Origin: Methanosphaera sp. SHI613
GTDB taxonomy: Archaea; Methanobacteriota; Methanobacteria; Methanobacteriales; Methanobacteriaceae
Direction: 5' to 3'
NCBI GenBank assembly: GCA_003266145.1
Contig: MVJJ01000092.1
Coordinates: 1-42,032, forward strand
DNA length: 42,032 nucleotides
In this document: piece after piece, positions 32,623 through 42,032 of the stretch
Numbering within the stretch: position 1 is the first letter of the stretch
Layout: each line of letters starts with the position of its first letter
Made by a program: the position numbers and the translations under genes
Notes under the pieces: generated by a model
Databases searched by the model: none
Seen by the model: the letters and a program-made list of their open reading frames with translations, nothing else
Told to the model about the DNA's origin: nothing

Positions 32623-33714
32623 ATGGGAAAAGTAAAAAAAGAAGATATATTATCTATTGTAGACAACTATGATAAAAGTAATATTACCATTGCTACTTTA
32701 GGTAGTCATACAGCTCTCCACATCTTAAGAGGAGCTAAACAAGAAGGTTTCAGAACTGCAGTAGTATGTGAAAAAGGAAAAGAAGTTCCTTATGAACGTT
32801 TTGGTGTAGCAGATGAATTTATATTTGTAAATGAATATAAAGATATTGTTGATGAAGAAGTTCAAGAACAATTAAGAGCTATGAATGCTATTGTTGTACC
32901 TCATGGTTCTTTTGTAGCTTATGCTGGATTAAGCAATGTAGAAGACAAATTCAATGTCCCTATGTTTGGAAACAGAGATGTTTTAAGATGGGAAGCTGAA
33001 AGAGATAAAGAAAGAGAAATGATTACCAAATCAGGCATCAGAATGCCTATGAAATATGATAATCCAGAAGATATTGATAAAGCTGTAATGGTCAAATTCC
33101 CTGGAGCTAGAGGTGGACAAGGATACTTCATCTGTTCAAGCTATGATGAATTCCAAGAAAAAATAGCTCAAATGAAGGAAAGAAATTGGATTAACGATGA
33201 TGATGTAAAAGCTGCACACATCGAAGAATATGTATGTGGAACAAATTTCTGTATACACTATTTCTATTCAGCTCTTAAAGATGAAGTTGAAGTATTAGGT
33301 ATGGACAGCAGATACGAAACAAACATCGACGGTATCGTAAGAATTCCTGCACAAGAACAAATGGAAGCAAACTTAAGCCCATCATATGTTGTAAGTGGTA
33401 ACCACCCTGTAGTTATAAGGGAATCATTATTACCACAAGTGTTCAAAAATGGTGATCAATTAGTTGAAACAGCAAAAGAACTGGTTGAACCTGGTATGAA
33501 CGGCCCATTCTGTTTACAATGTTTAGTAAACGATGACAGAGAAATTGTTATCTTTGAAATGAGTGCACGTATCGATGGTGGTACAAACACTTTCATGAAC
33601 GGTTCAGCATATTCATATATCCAATTCGGAGAACCTATGAGTATGGGACGTAGAATTTCAAGAGAAATTAAAAATGCAATAGAAGAAGACAAATTAGATG
33701 TTATATTAACATAA
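32623..33714 (+). CDS. purP: Formate--AICAR ligase (FAICAR synthetase)
   Basis: TLGSHTALHIL, VPHGSF, GARGGQGY, FEMSARIDGGTN, MSMGRRISREI; ATP-grasp fold. Confidence 0.95.
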   Translation: MGKVKKEDILSIVDNYDKSNITIATLGSHTALHILRGAKQEGFRTAVVCEKGKEVPYERFGVADEFIFVNEYKDIVDEEVQEQLRAMNAIVVPHGSFVAYAGLSNVEDKFNVPMFGNRDVLRWEAERDKEREMITKSGIRMPMKYDNPEDIDKAVMVKFPGARGGQGYFICSSYDEFQEKIAQMKERNWINDDDVKAAHIEEYVCGTNFCIHYFYSALKDEVEVLGMDSRYETNIDGIVRIPAQEQMEANLSPSYVVSGNHPVVIRESLLPQVFKNGDQLVETAKELVEPGMNGPFCLQCLVNDDREIVIFEMSARIDGGTNTFMNGSAYSYIQFGEPMSMGRRISREIKNAIEEDKLDVILT

Positions 33715-34050
33715 ACTCTAACCTTCTTTTTTTTATTCATTAAAGTTATCGCACCCTCTTAAACTTCAAATATCACTATTTTTACATGTATTAACAGAAT
33801 AACATATTTTAAATTAAAATCAATAATTTTGGCTATTAAAATTAAATAAAATCTAAAAAAAAATGTTCAAAAAAATCTAAAAAGGGTTTTGAAAAAAAAT
33901 ATTGATACAATCAATGTATTATCTAAGATTGTCAGTAGATTATCCTCAAAAAAAGGTTTTTCAAGTTTCAAACTAGCTACTTTGAACATTCAGTTGTAGT
34001 ACATTCCATTGATTATATCACTCAATCAGAAAGGTTATATTTAGTTTATA

Positions 34051-34248
34051 TTAATTTCCTGATTTAGAAATAGCTTCATTTGGACAGTTCATTACACATA
34101 ATCCACATTCAGGACATGCTTCTTCATTTACTTTTGGTTTTCCGTCCACATTTTCCATAGCGTTCAAAGCACAAATTTCTATACATAGTCCACCTGCAGG
34201 ACAGGCGTCCACTCCATTACATTTAGTTGTATCTATTATTACTGCCAT
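34051..34248 (-). CDS. Small 4Fe-4S dicluster ferredoxin
   Basis: CNGVDACPAGGLCIEICA and CPECGLCVMNCP; ATG at 34248 after GTGAT RBS. Confidence 0.9.
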   Translation of the reverse strand: MAVIIDTTKCNGVDACPAGGLCIEICALNAMENVDGKPKVNEEACPECGLCVMNCPNEAISKSGN

Positions 34249-34470
34249 ATTTATCACTTGTTGAAATTTTTTTATAACTCCTGTAGGAGCATGTAAAAAA
34301 ATAAATCACCTATTATAATCATATTAATATTGATTCAAACTTCCCTAAGACAATATTAATACTATAATTTGTAGTTTATCATTGACAGTATTTATAAAAA
34401 TTGATTTTTAGGAATACTTAAAACAGGTAATATTCCAAAAAATGAAAAAAAATAATAAAAAGAGACTAAA

Positions 34471-36153
34471 CTAAAATGTTTCGAAATATTTGAAGTCCAT
34501 AATCTTTTCAATAGACTTCACATCCACACAAACATCGGATTCTTTTACCTTTTCTATAGGATTTAATCCACCTGCCGTAGCATATCCAAAGTGATACATG
34601 TCAATCTTTGAATTATAGATGTACTCATTAGGCTTTCCTATATCCAAAAAGTTGAATCCGGCATCACCTATCGTATCAAAGATATCCAAGGCATCATCTC
34701 TTGCAACATATGGTACTGAATGTACACTTGCCAGTATCTTATCAGAGCCGTTGCCGGTTGCTATATCACACATATCCTTTTTGAGGAATATCTCATGAGG
34801 ATCTACTGATGAACCCGTATATGAGATTAGTTCTATAAAGCGGGGCTGTCTGTTGTCTATGTCCAGCACTCCACTGTATATCGGTATAGACACAATACCA
34901 TTATTGGTCAATATACCATCCACTGTCAAACTGCATATCGTTGCAATGCCCACTTTTCCATCGTTATCATCCACTAATGCATATTTGTCTCCCATGAAGT
35001 ATTGTGGATAGTCCTTGTATAGTTTATTTATTATTTCAAGGGCTTCATCCAGGTTTTGCTTATCGACGTATGAGATGTTTGTTATGATGTCACCTTCAAA
35101 TGTATTGTAATCAAAGGTTACCTGTGACATCAGATTAAATATTTTTTCCAATACAAATGAAACATTCTTAGCTTCTTTATTAGCATTGGATAGGATAGGC
35201 TTAACATTATATTCAAGAGAGGACATTGATTCATAATTGACAAATTCATCGGCCAATTTAATGTTTAGATCATATCCGTCTTCTTGAGCTGCACACAATG
35301 GAGTTATTCCACCGATTATTGAGACTCCCACCATACCTTCAGGCACGTTTATACCTAATACTGACTCACCCGGTTGGCCCATCTTTATCAGACCACCGAT
35401 TCCTATCTTATTTAAGTTTGCAAGTATTTTTTTGGCCTGGTCCTGTTTTGTCATTGGAATTGTTCTGAAATTTGCAGGAATTATTCCGTCACCTGATGAA
35501 ATCACGTCTAGAATGGATGTGTTTCCCTTTCCGGAAAATGCCTCTAGAGGAGTAATTGATGTTTTCTTATAGGCTATCTGTTCTACAAACTCGACAGGTG
35601 CATAATCTTCCACTTTGACTAATCCTCCGTAGGATGGTCTTGAGATTATACCATTTTTCTGGAATACACCATCGATTGTTGTTCCACAGACCGTTTTTAT
35701 AAAGTCGACATCATCCTCTTTGGTGTAGGATATGTTCTTACTCACAGCTAATCCATGTTCGAATACTGATTCTATTGTATCCTTTGCATCTAATTGATTT
35801 ATTGATGAAATGTTTGCGATTATTAATCCTTTGGCTGTGGATATGTCCAGCGAAATGTTGTACATTTTTTCCTGAAATCGAGAATAGGAAAAGTCCACCT
35901 GGTCAAATATCAATCCGTTATTGAGTTCCTTTATTCCTTCCTGAGTAATTATCCTACCCTTGTGACCGATTTTTTCAGTAAATCCCTTTTCATCCAGAAT
36001 TCTCATATGATATCTGACTGCTCGTTCACCTAAAGAATAACCTCTTTTTCTTAATTCATTAGAGATATATTTTGCACCCAGAACTTTATCCTCTGATTTT
36101 AAGATTCTGAGTATTTCCATCATTTTTAAATCAGTTTCTTGTTTAATAGTGAT
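34471..36153 (-). CDS. nrpR: Global nitrogen repressor NrpR
   Basis: wHTH (GAKYIS..LGERAVRYHMRILDE) plus two NRD/DUF128 domains (TVCGTTIDG, TICSLTVDG, GGITP, GGLNP), downstream of glnA. First ATG at 36123; possible ATC start at 36153. Confidence 0.93.
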   Translation of the reverse strand: MTIKQETDLKMMEILRILKSEDKVLGAKYISNELRKRGYSLGERAVRYHMRILDEKGFTEKIGHKGRIITQEGIKELNNGLIFDQVDFSYSRFQEKMYNISLDISTAKGLIIANISSINQLDAKDTIESVFEHGLAVSKNISYTKEDDVDFIKTVCGTTIDGVFQKNGIISRPSYGGLVKVEDYAPVEFVEQIAYKKTSITPLEAFSGKGNTSILDVISSGDGIIPANFRTIPMTKQDQAKKILANLNKIGIGGLIKMGQPGESVLGINVPEGMVGVSIIGGITPLCAAQEDGYDLNIKLADEFVNYESMSSLEYNVKPILSNANKEAKNVSFVLEKIFNLMSQVTFDYNTFEGDIITNISYVDKQNLDEALEIINKLYKDYPQYFMGDKYALVDDNDGKVGIATICSLTVDGILTNNGIVSIPIYSGVLDIDNRQPRFIELISYTGSSVDPHEIFLKKDMCDIATGNGSDKILASVHSVPYVARDDALDIFDTIGDAGFNFLDIGKPNEYIYNSKIDMYHFGYATAGGLNPIEKVKESDVCVDVKSIEKIMDFKYFETF

Positions 36154-36231
36154 GTTTTAGCCTCCATTTACTTTAATATGAATAAATTGAAAAAAGAAAT
36201 ATTAAAAAAAAATATTTGGTGAAGATTTGGA

Positions 36232-37569
36232 TTATATGTTTAAGAATTTTTCTCGTTCATAATCAAATACTTGTATTCTATAATCATCCCATTCGGCTCT
36301 TTTTATGTTATAGAATTGAGTGTATACGTGTTCACCTAAAGCATTTTGAACTACTTCATCTTCCTCTAATGCATGATATGCTTCCCATAGACTTGTAGGG
36401 AGTGTATCGACACCTTTTTGAGCAAGTTCTTCAGGTGTATATTCAAATGCGTTGAACTCTGCAGGTTCTCCAGGATCAATTTTTTTATCCATTCCTTCAA
36501 GTCCCGCTTCCAATAATACTGCAAATGCCAGATATGGATTACATGATGGATCAGGAGATCTACATTCTATTCTTGTTCCTAGACCACGGGATGCAGGAAT
36601 TCTTAGATATGTTGATCTGTTTTTGAGTCCGTATGCTATATAACATGGGGCTTCATATCCAGGAACCAATCTTTTGTATGAATTTACTGTAGGAGATAAT
36701 ATGGCAGATAATGCTTTTGCATGTTTTAATAATCCACCTATGAAGTATAGAGCTTCTTGTGACAACTGTGTTTCTGTATCAGGATCATAGAATATGTTTT
36801 TTCCATCCTTAAATAAACTTTGGTTACAGTGCATTCCACTACCATTTACTCCAAAGAATGGTTTTGGCATGAACGTTACCTTGTGTCCCAGATTAGCTAC
36901 AAATGCTTTGATTGCTTGTTTGAATGTTACCACTGCATCGGCTGTTTTCATTGCATCGGCGAATCTGAAATCGATTTCATGCTGTCCAGGTGCAGCTTCG
37001 TGATGACTTACTTCTATGTTAAAGTCAAGTTGTTCTAGACCTAATACTATTTCCCTTCTTAAATCTGTTCCGGAATCTAATGGTTCCACATCAAAGTAAT
37101 CTGCTTCATCAGCCGGAATTAGGTTTCCATGTTCATCTTCATCAACTATGAAGAATTCAGGTTCTGGTCCCATATTGTATTGATAGCCTCTTTCTTCGGC
37201 TTTTTTAAGTGATTTTTTAAGTACACCTCTTGGGTCACCTTCAAATGGTGTTTCATCGGTATGATATACATCACATATGAATCTACAGGATCCTTTTTCT
37301 TCTGGTCTCCATGGTAATGTTGAAAAGGTAGATATATCCGGTTTTAATAATAGGTCACTGTCATTTATATCTACAAATCCTGCTACTGATGATCCATCAA
37401 ATAGTAAACCATTGTTTATTACATCTTCAGCGTCTTCAGGTTTGTTCAATGATATTGCCATGTTTTTTGGTGTACCATGAATATCTGAAAACTGAAATCT
37501 TAAAAATTTAGACCCATATTCATCAATCTTTTTGATTACTTGGTCTATTTGTTCATCTCTTTCTGACAT
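36232..37569 (-). CDS. glnA: Glutamine synthetase type I
   Basis: [56 protein letters not shown]. Confidence 0.98.
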   Translation of the reverse strand: MSERDEQIDQVIKKIDEYGSKFLRFQFSDIHGTPKNMAISLNKPEDAEDVINNGLLFDGSSVAGFVDINDSDLLLKPDISTFSTLPWRPEEKGSCRFICDVYHTDETPFEGDPRGVLKKSLKKAEERGYQYNMGPEPEFFIVDEDEHGNLIPADEADYFDVEPLDSGTDLRREIVLGLEQLDFNIEVSHHEAAPGQHEIDFRFADAMKTADAVVTFKQAIKAFVANLGHKVTFMPKPFFGVNGSGMHCNQSLFKDGKNIFYDPDTETQLSQEALYFIGGLLKHAKALSAILSPTVNSYKRLVPGYEAPCYIAYGLKNRSTYLRIPASRGLGTRIECRSPDPSCNPYLAFAVLLEAGLEGMDKKIDPGEPAEFNAFEYTPEELAQKGVDTLPTSLWEAYHALEEDEVVQNALGEHVYTQFYNIKRAEWDDYRIQVFDYEREKFLNI

Positions 37570-37658
37570 TTGAATAAGTCTCCTAATTATACTTGTGATA
37601 ATAATAATTAATTATATATCCTTCAAGTATAATCTATTTTATTATATGCATTATTATC

Positions 37659-37672
37659 GGAAATATATTTCC
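37659..37672. promoter_or_regulatory. NrpR operator upstream of glnA
   Basis: GGAA-ATATAT-TTCC is an exact GGAA-N6-TTCC, about 25-40 nt downstream of a minus-strand TATA box (TTTATATT, 37699-37706). Confidence 0.9.
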
Positions 37673-37939
37673 TATATGTAATAGTTTATATCCGATACAA
37701 TATAAAGATTATGCAAATTCAAAATTAAATATTAAACTGCAAATAACTTAAATTATCAACAAAAATCATGAAACTTATTATATTACAAAAAAGAACTTTA
37801 ATTTTATCAGAAATGTATAAATAAAACAGAAAATAGCAATTTACATTAAAGAATTTAAACTGAAAATAAAAACAATAAAAAAAAGATATAAATGTACAAG
37901 AAGTACAATTATTTTAACTTATCCATATTAATATAGATA

Positions 37940-38050
<111 letters not shown>

Positions 38051-38233
38051 GTGGCTACTATTACAATTTATATTAAACATGATATATATAGTTTACGGAA
38101 AAAATTAAAGAAAAATTAATTCACAGGTCTTGCATAAAAAATAATTACATGAACAATTAAAAACAAATAATAGAAACAATAGTTATTGAAATATATTTTA
38201 ATTTAACGTATTAAAAAATAGGAGAGTATTCCT

Positions 38234-39511
38234 GTGACACAAATAGAAGATGCTAAAAAGGGGATTATAACACCAGAAATGGAATATGTAGCAAAAAAAG
38301 AAGAAATATCAGAAGAAAAGCTATGCAGATATATCGCAGAAGGTAAAGTAGTTATTCCAAAAAATAAAAATAGAGATACACTCCCTACCGGAATTGGAAA
38401 AGATTTACATACCAAAATAAATGCAAATATAGGTTCATCAACAGAAAGAGAAGACATTAACATCGAACTAGAAAAGGTAGATGTTCTTGTGGAATACGGA
38501 GCAGATGCAGTAATGGATTTAAGTACAGGACCTAAACTCGAAGAGATTAGACAAAAGATACTTGCAAAAACAAATATTCCATTAGGAACCGTGCCGATTT
38601 ATGAAGCAGGTGCTCAAACGCTGAAAGAAAATAAAAACATCGTTGATATGGATGAAGACGCAATCTTCAAAACAATATCCAAACAGGGAAAAGAAGGTGT
38701 TGACTTCATAACAGTCCACTGCGGTATCAACAAGGAAAACGTGAAAGCCGTGAAAAACTCCAATAGGTTAATGGGAATAGTCAGTAGAGGAGGTGCATTA
38801 ACGGCAGCTTGGATAATCCATAACGATAAGGAAAATCCTTTATACAAGGAATTTGATTATCTGTTGGAGATATGTCATGAACATGACATCACATTATCAT
38901 TAGGAGACGGATTAAGGCCAGGATGTATACATGATGCAACGGATATCAGCCAAATAAGAGAATTGACCACACTAGGCCAATTAGTAAAAAGATCAAGAGA
39001 AGCAAACGTACAAGTAATGGTAGAAGGACCGGGACATGTACCTATAAAACAAGTAAAAGCAAATATGCAAATACAAAAGACAATTTGTGACCATGCACCA
39101 TTCTACGTGTTGGGACCACTGGTTACAGATGTTGCACCGGGATATGACCATATCAACGCAGCCATAGGTGCAAGTATAGCAGGTGCCAGTGGAGCAGATT
39201 TCCTTTGTTATGTGACACCTGCAGAACACCTATCCATACCAAGTGTTGAACAGGTAAAAGAAGGAGTAATAGCCTCAAAAATAGCTGCTGAAGTATCAGA
39301 TATTGCAAAAGAAATACCATCCACACTTAAACGCGAGTATGATATGGCCGTGGCAAGAGAAAACTTTGACTGGGAAAAACAGTTTGAGCTGGCAATAGAT
39401 GGAAAGACAGCACGCCAAATCTATGAAAATGGTGGAGCATCAGATGATGAGATGTGCAGTATGTGCGGCGATTTCTGTGCTATAAAAATGGTTAAAAAAT
39501 ATGAAAAGTAA
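38234..39511 (+). CDS. thiC: Phosphomethylpyrimidine synthase (canonical ThiC)
   Basis: GTG start; KINANIGSS, ADAVMDLSTG, SLGDGLRPG, EGPGH, CSMCGDFC. Confidence 0.92.
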   Translation: MTQIEDAKKGIITPEMEYVAKKEEISEEKLCRYIAEGKVVIPKNKNRDTLPTGIGKDLHTKINANIGSSTEREDINIELEKVDVLVEYGADAVMDLSTGPKLEEIRQKILAKTNIPLGTVPIYEAGAQTLKENKNIVDMDEDAIFKTISKQGKEGVDFITVHCGINKENVKAVKNSNRLMGIVSRGGALTAAWIIHNDKENPLYKEFDYLLEICHEHDITLSLGDGLRPGCIHDATDISQIRELTTLGQLVKRSREANVQVMVEGPGHVPIKQVKANMQIQKTICDHAPFYVLGPLVTDVAPGYDHINAAIGASIAGASGADFLCYVTPAEHLSIPSVEQVKEGVIASKIAAEVSDIAKEIPSTLKREYDMAVARENFDWEKQFELAIDGKTARQIYENGGASDDEMCSMCGDFCAIKMVKKYEK

Positions 39512-39632
39512 TTATCAAAAAAAGAGTAATATTTAATATAAATAAAAAACATAAAACAATATTATTAACTAACAAATAATGTTATCACATTCATAATACA
39601 AGATTAACAACAACATCAGCGGAGGTAAAACA

Positions 39633-39803
39633 GTGGCACGGAAGGATAAAAAGACATTACCAGCTAGTGGTGCAGGTATAGTAAGATTCTTTGATGATGA
39701 AACTTCAGGAATGAAAATAACACCAAATCAAGTGGTAATAGCAACAATAATTATTGCATTAATTTGTATAGCATTAAGATTCACGATAAACGTGGGTTAT
39801 TAA
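39633..39803 (+). CDS. secG: Preprotein translocase subunit Sec61-beta
   Basis: GGAGGT RBS then GTG; MARKDKKTLPASGAGIVRFFDDETSGMKITPNQVVIATIIIALICIALRFTINVGY (56 aa); below the ORF-track cutoff. Confidence 0.93.
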   Translation: MARKDKKTLPASGAGIVRFFDDETSGMKITPNQVVIATIIIALICIALRFTINVGY

Positions 39804-40076
39804 ATATTATACAACTCTTTTTTTTACTTATTTTTAATCTCAGTATATATACTCTATTTTTACCAAGAATTATATCATCCATCACCAAAAACAAATGATA
39901 TATTAAAATAATTTTAAAGAATCTATAAAGCATACTTAAAAATTGTAGTGTATTTTCATCAATTATGATAATACCCAATAAAATAACCTCTAAAAAAAAA
40001 TATATTTTAATACTTTTTTAAACATATCAATAATTATTGAATTAAATAAGAAAAAATATAAAAGGAGGGAAAATTA

Positions 40077-40988
40077 ATGATCAACACGAAACTGGCCTAC
40101 ATAGAACCAAAATCAATCTCCAAAGTATCAACCGTTTTGAGTTTAATTATAACGGTTATAGGAGTAATCATATCATTAATCGCAATTGGATTGATAGTTA
40201 GCGCATTACCTCAACTTAACACTTATATTTCCACCAACATCTCAGCATTCATCATTATTGGAATTATAATTGGACTTATACTATCATTAGTTCTGAATTA
40301 TGTTGTAGTATATATCAATGCATTGCTGTATAACTATTTATTGAAGTATTTTAAAGGAATACAATTTGAATTAACGCCGTATAATGAAATCAAAGAAATA
40401 GATATTCTTCCAACTTTAACAATGGAAATGATTATAATGGCAATATGGTTCATTTTTGCAGAAATAGTCTTGATTTTAACTTTTTCAATTGTAATATCCC
40501 TAATAAGTAGTGCTTCAAATATATTTGGAAATATAAACGTGGCAACATTAACTGCAAATTCATTAACCGTTGTTACATTAGTAACATTAATATCATGGGT
40601 TTTCATGTCAATATTGATGTTTATTGCCATGTTCATATTCAATTTCTTCACCAGAAGAAATCCTTTGAAACTGGATATTGTTGAAAATGATATTCTTGAG
40701 TTAAAATCCATCGATGTCATTAGCTACGTTATGAGCGTCGGATTTACTCTTTTAACAATACAGTTAATTAGAACATTGATTAACATCATGGTTAGCGGAA
40801 GTATGGAAGTTGCCCTGCTTAATATAGTTAATACCATAGCAATTTGTATAGTATTTACTGCAGTAATGCCATTCCTATATAATATTATATCTTCAAAAAT
40901 GGGCGGTATACGATTTAATATAGAACCTAGCAGCAATATGATACAGGAGTATAATATCACAAACAACAGCGATGACTATGACATGTAA
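40077..40988 (+). CDS. Polytopic membrane protein with three internal repeats (DUF3566-like)
   Basis: Each unit begins LAYIE/IKEID/LKSID, contains two hydrophobic helices, and ends YN..KGIQFEL, FN..PLKLDI or YN..GGIRFNI. GGAGG RBS. Confidence 0.75.
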   Translation: MINTKLAYIEPKSISKVSTVLSLIITVIGVIISLIAIGLIVSALPQLNTYISTNISAFIIIGIIIGLILSLVLNYVVVYINALLYNYLLKYFKGIQFELTPYNEIKEIDILPTLTMEMIIMAIWFIFAEIVLILTFSIVISLISSASNIFGNINVATLTANSLTVVTLVTLISWVFMSILMFIAMFIFNFFTRRNPLKLDIVENDILELKSIDVISYVMSVGFTLLTIQLIRTLINIMVSGSMEVALLNIVNTIAICIVFTAVMPFLYNIISSKMGGIRFNIEPSSNMIQEYNITNNSDDYDM

Positions 40989-41272
40989 CTATAATGAATT
41001 TCATTTTTTAGGTTACATAGTATATTACTTACCTTCTTCTTCAACTTTTTTTAAATTCCTTTAATGGTTATCAACATAAAAACATGATAATTATAATTAT
41101 AAATTATGATAAATATATAATATAATTAAAAGATTAACCGATAATAATATTTCTATTATTTACATTCAAACATACTTTAACACAGGTATTTGGATGAATA
41201 GAGAATTATTAATGAATATCATCTATTAAAATTATTAGGTAATTAATTTCACATATAAGGAATGGGATAAAA

Positions 41273-42032
41273 ATGAATGATACAAAATTTAAGGATACAA
41301 ATCCAGAAAACTGTAAACCAAAACATATTAAAGGAGTTAATCCAAAATCAGCTAAAATTTTACACAAAAACAGCATAACACCAAAAAGTGTTTCAGAAGC
41401 TGTTAAAATGGTTGAACCAGAAGTTTCTGAAGATACAGAATATAAAAACGAAGCAAGTTATATGAAATCAAATTTAGGCATCAAATTAAACAAAAGAAAT
41501 ACACCAGGACCATCACAGATAATCATAAGAAAAAATGAAGAACTAAGACAGAAAAAAGCGGAAGAAGCCAAAAAAGCTGAAGAAGCCAAAAAAGCTGAAG
41601 AAGCCAAAAAACAAATCAAAGAAGCAGAAGTAAAAGCCAAAGTTGAAGCTGAAAAACAAAAAGCTGAAAACTTGATTGAAAAAACAAAAGAAGTTAAAAA
41701 AGATATCAAACAAGCAAAAGAAGAAATCAATACTGCAAAAGAAGTTACCAAAGAGGAAATCAAGAAGGACATTAACGATGCAAAAGAAGCAGTAAAAACC
41801 AAAGCTAAAGAAACCGTGCAAAAAGAAGCCAAAAAAGTAAAAGAAGAAGCCCAAAATGTGAAAAAAGAAGCCAAAAAAATCAAAGAAGAAGCTGAAGCAA
41901 TTAAAGATGTTGTCAAAGAAGAAATTAAAGAAAAACCAAAATCTGAACCAACACCAGAGCCAGCAGGACTTTCATTCACACAACAACTAAGACAAAACAA
42001 CAAAATACAAACAGAAACACCAAAAACAGAAA
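41273..42032 (+). CDS. Lys/Glu/Ala-rich coiled-coil protein (partial, runs off the window)
   Basis: ATG at 41273 (MNDTKFKDTNPENCKPKHIKG...) with no stop seen to the window end; absent from the ORF track for that reason. Confidence 0.85.
   Translation, partial: MNDTKFKDTNPENCKPKHIKGVNPKSAKILHKNSITPKSVSEAVKMVEPEVSEDTEYKNEASYMKSNLGIKLNKRNTPGPSQIIIRKNEELRQKKAEEAKKAEEAKKAEEAKKQIKEAEVKAKVEAEKQKAENLIEKTKEVKKDIKQAKEEINTAKEVTKEEIKKDINDAKEAVKTKAKETVQKEAKKVKEEAQNVKKEAKKIKEEAEAIKDVVKEEIKEKPKSEPTPEPAGLSFTQQLRQNNKIQTETPKTE
41552..41611 (+). repeat. In-frame 18-bp tandem repeat (KKAEEA) x3.3
   Basis: AAAAAAGC(G/T)GAAGAAGCC three times plus AAAAAA. Confidence 0.9.

Noticed and set aside
33975..34009. 10-codon minus-strand ORF MECTTTECSK after the ferredoxin, with a GAGTGAT SD-like sequence
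   Set aside because: Too short to support from sequence alone and plausible by chance.
38060..38233. TPP riboswitch upstream of thiC
   Set aside because: AT-rich spacer with no CUGAGA or other TPP consensus elements.
41458..42003. Phe/Ser-rich minus-strand ORFs, and other short ORFs overlapping core genes throughout the window
   Set aside because: Antisense or alternate-frame shadows of well-supported genes.

Overview
AT-rich archaeal chromosome segment from a Methanobacteriales methanogen, most likely Methanosphaera (inferred from the adhesin repeat type and the short fwd operon). About 1-9.8 kb is accessory DNA: two convergent paralogous PD-(D/E)XK-like nuclease genes (one frameshifted) flanking an orphan adhesin C-terminal remnant, a small acidic partner ORF, a complete IS1182-like element with terminal inverted repeats and a doubly frameshifted transposase, and a 1581-aa adhesin-like protein. 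About 10-42 kb is core genome: lig, a DUF2971-like gene, PolD large subunit, nrdD, a YbjQ-like membrane protein, a PfkB kinase, two ThiC-family paralogs (one probably BzaF-like), trkA, class I lysS, a ModE/LysR-type regulator, hxlB, fwdGDBAC, purP, a ferredoxin, nrpR, glnA with a perfect NrpR operator, an intron-containing tRNA-Met, Sec61-beta (missed by the ORF track), a triplicated membrane protein and a partial Lys/Glu-rich protein. Best candidates for something new: the adhesin-associated nuclease pair, the mirror-symmetric strand skew across the IS, a possible AUC start for nrpR, and a reduced fwd operon placed head-to-head with formate-dependent purP. All family calls come from reading motifs by eye; no searches were run.
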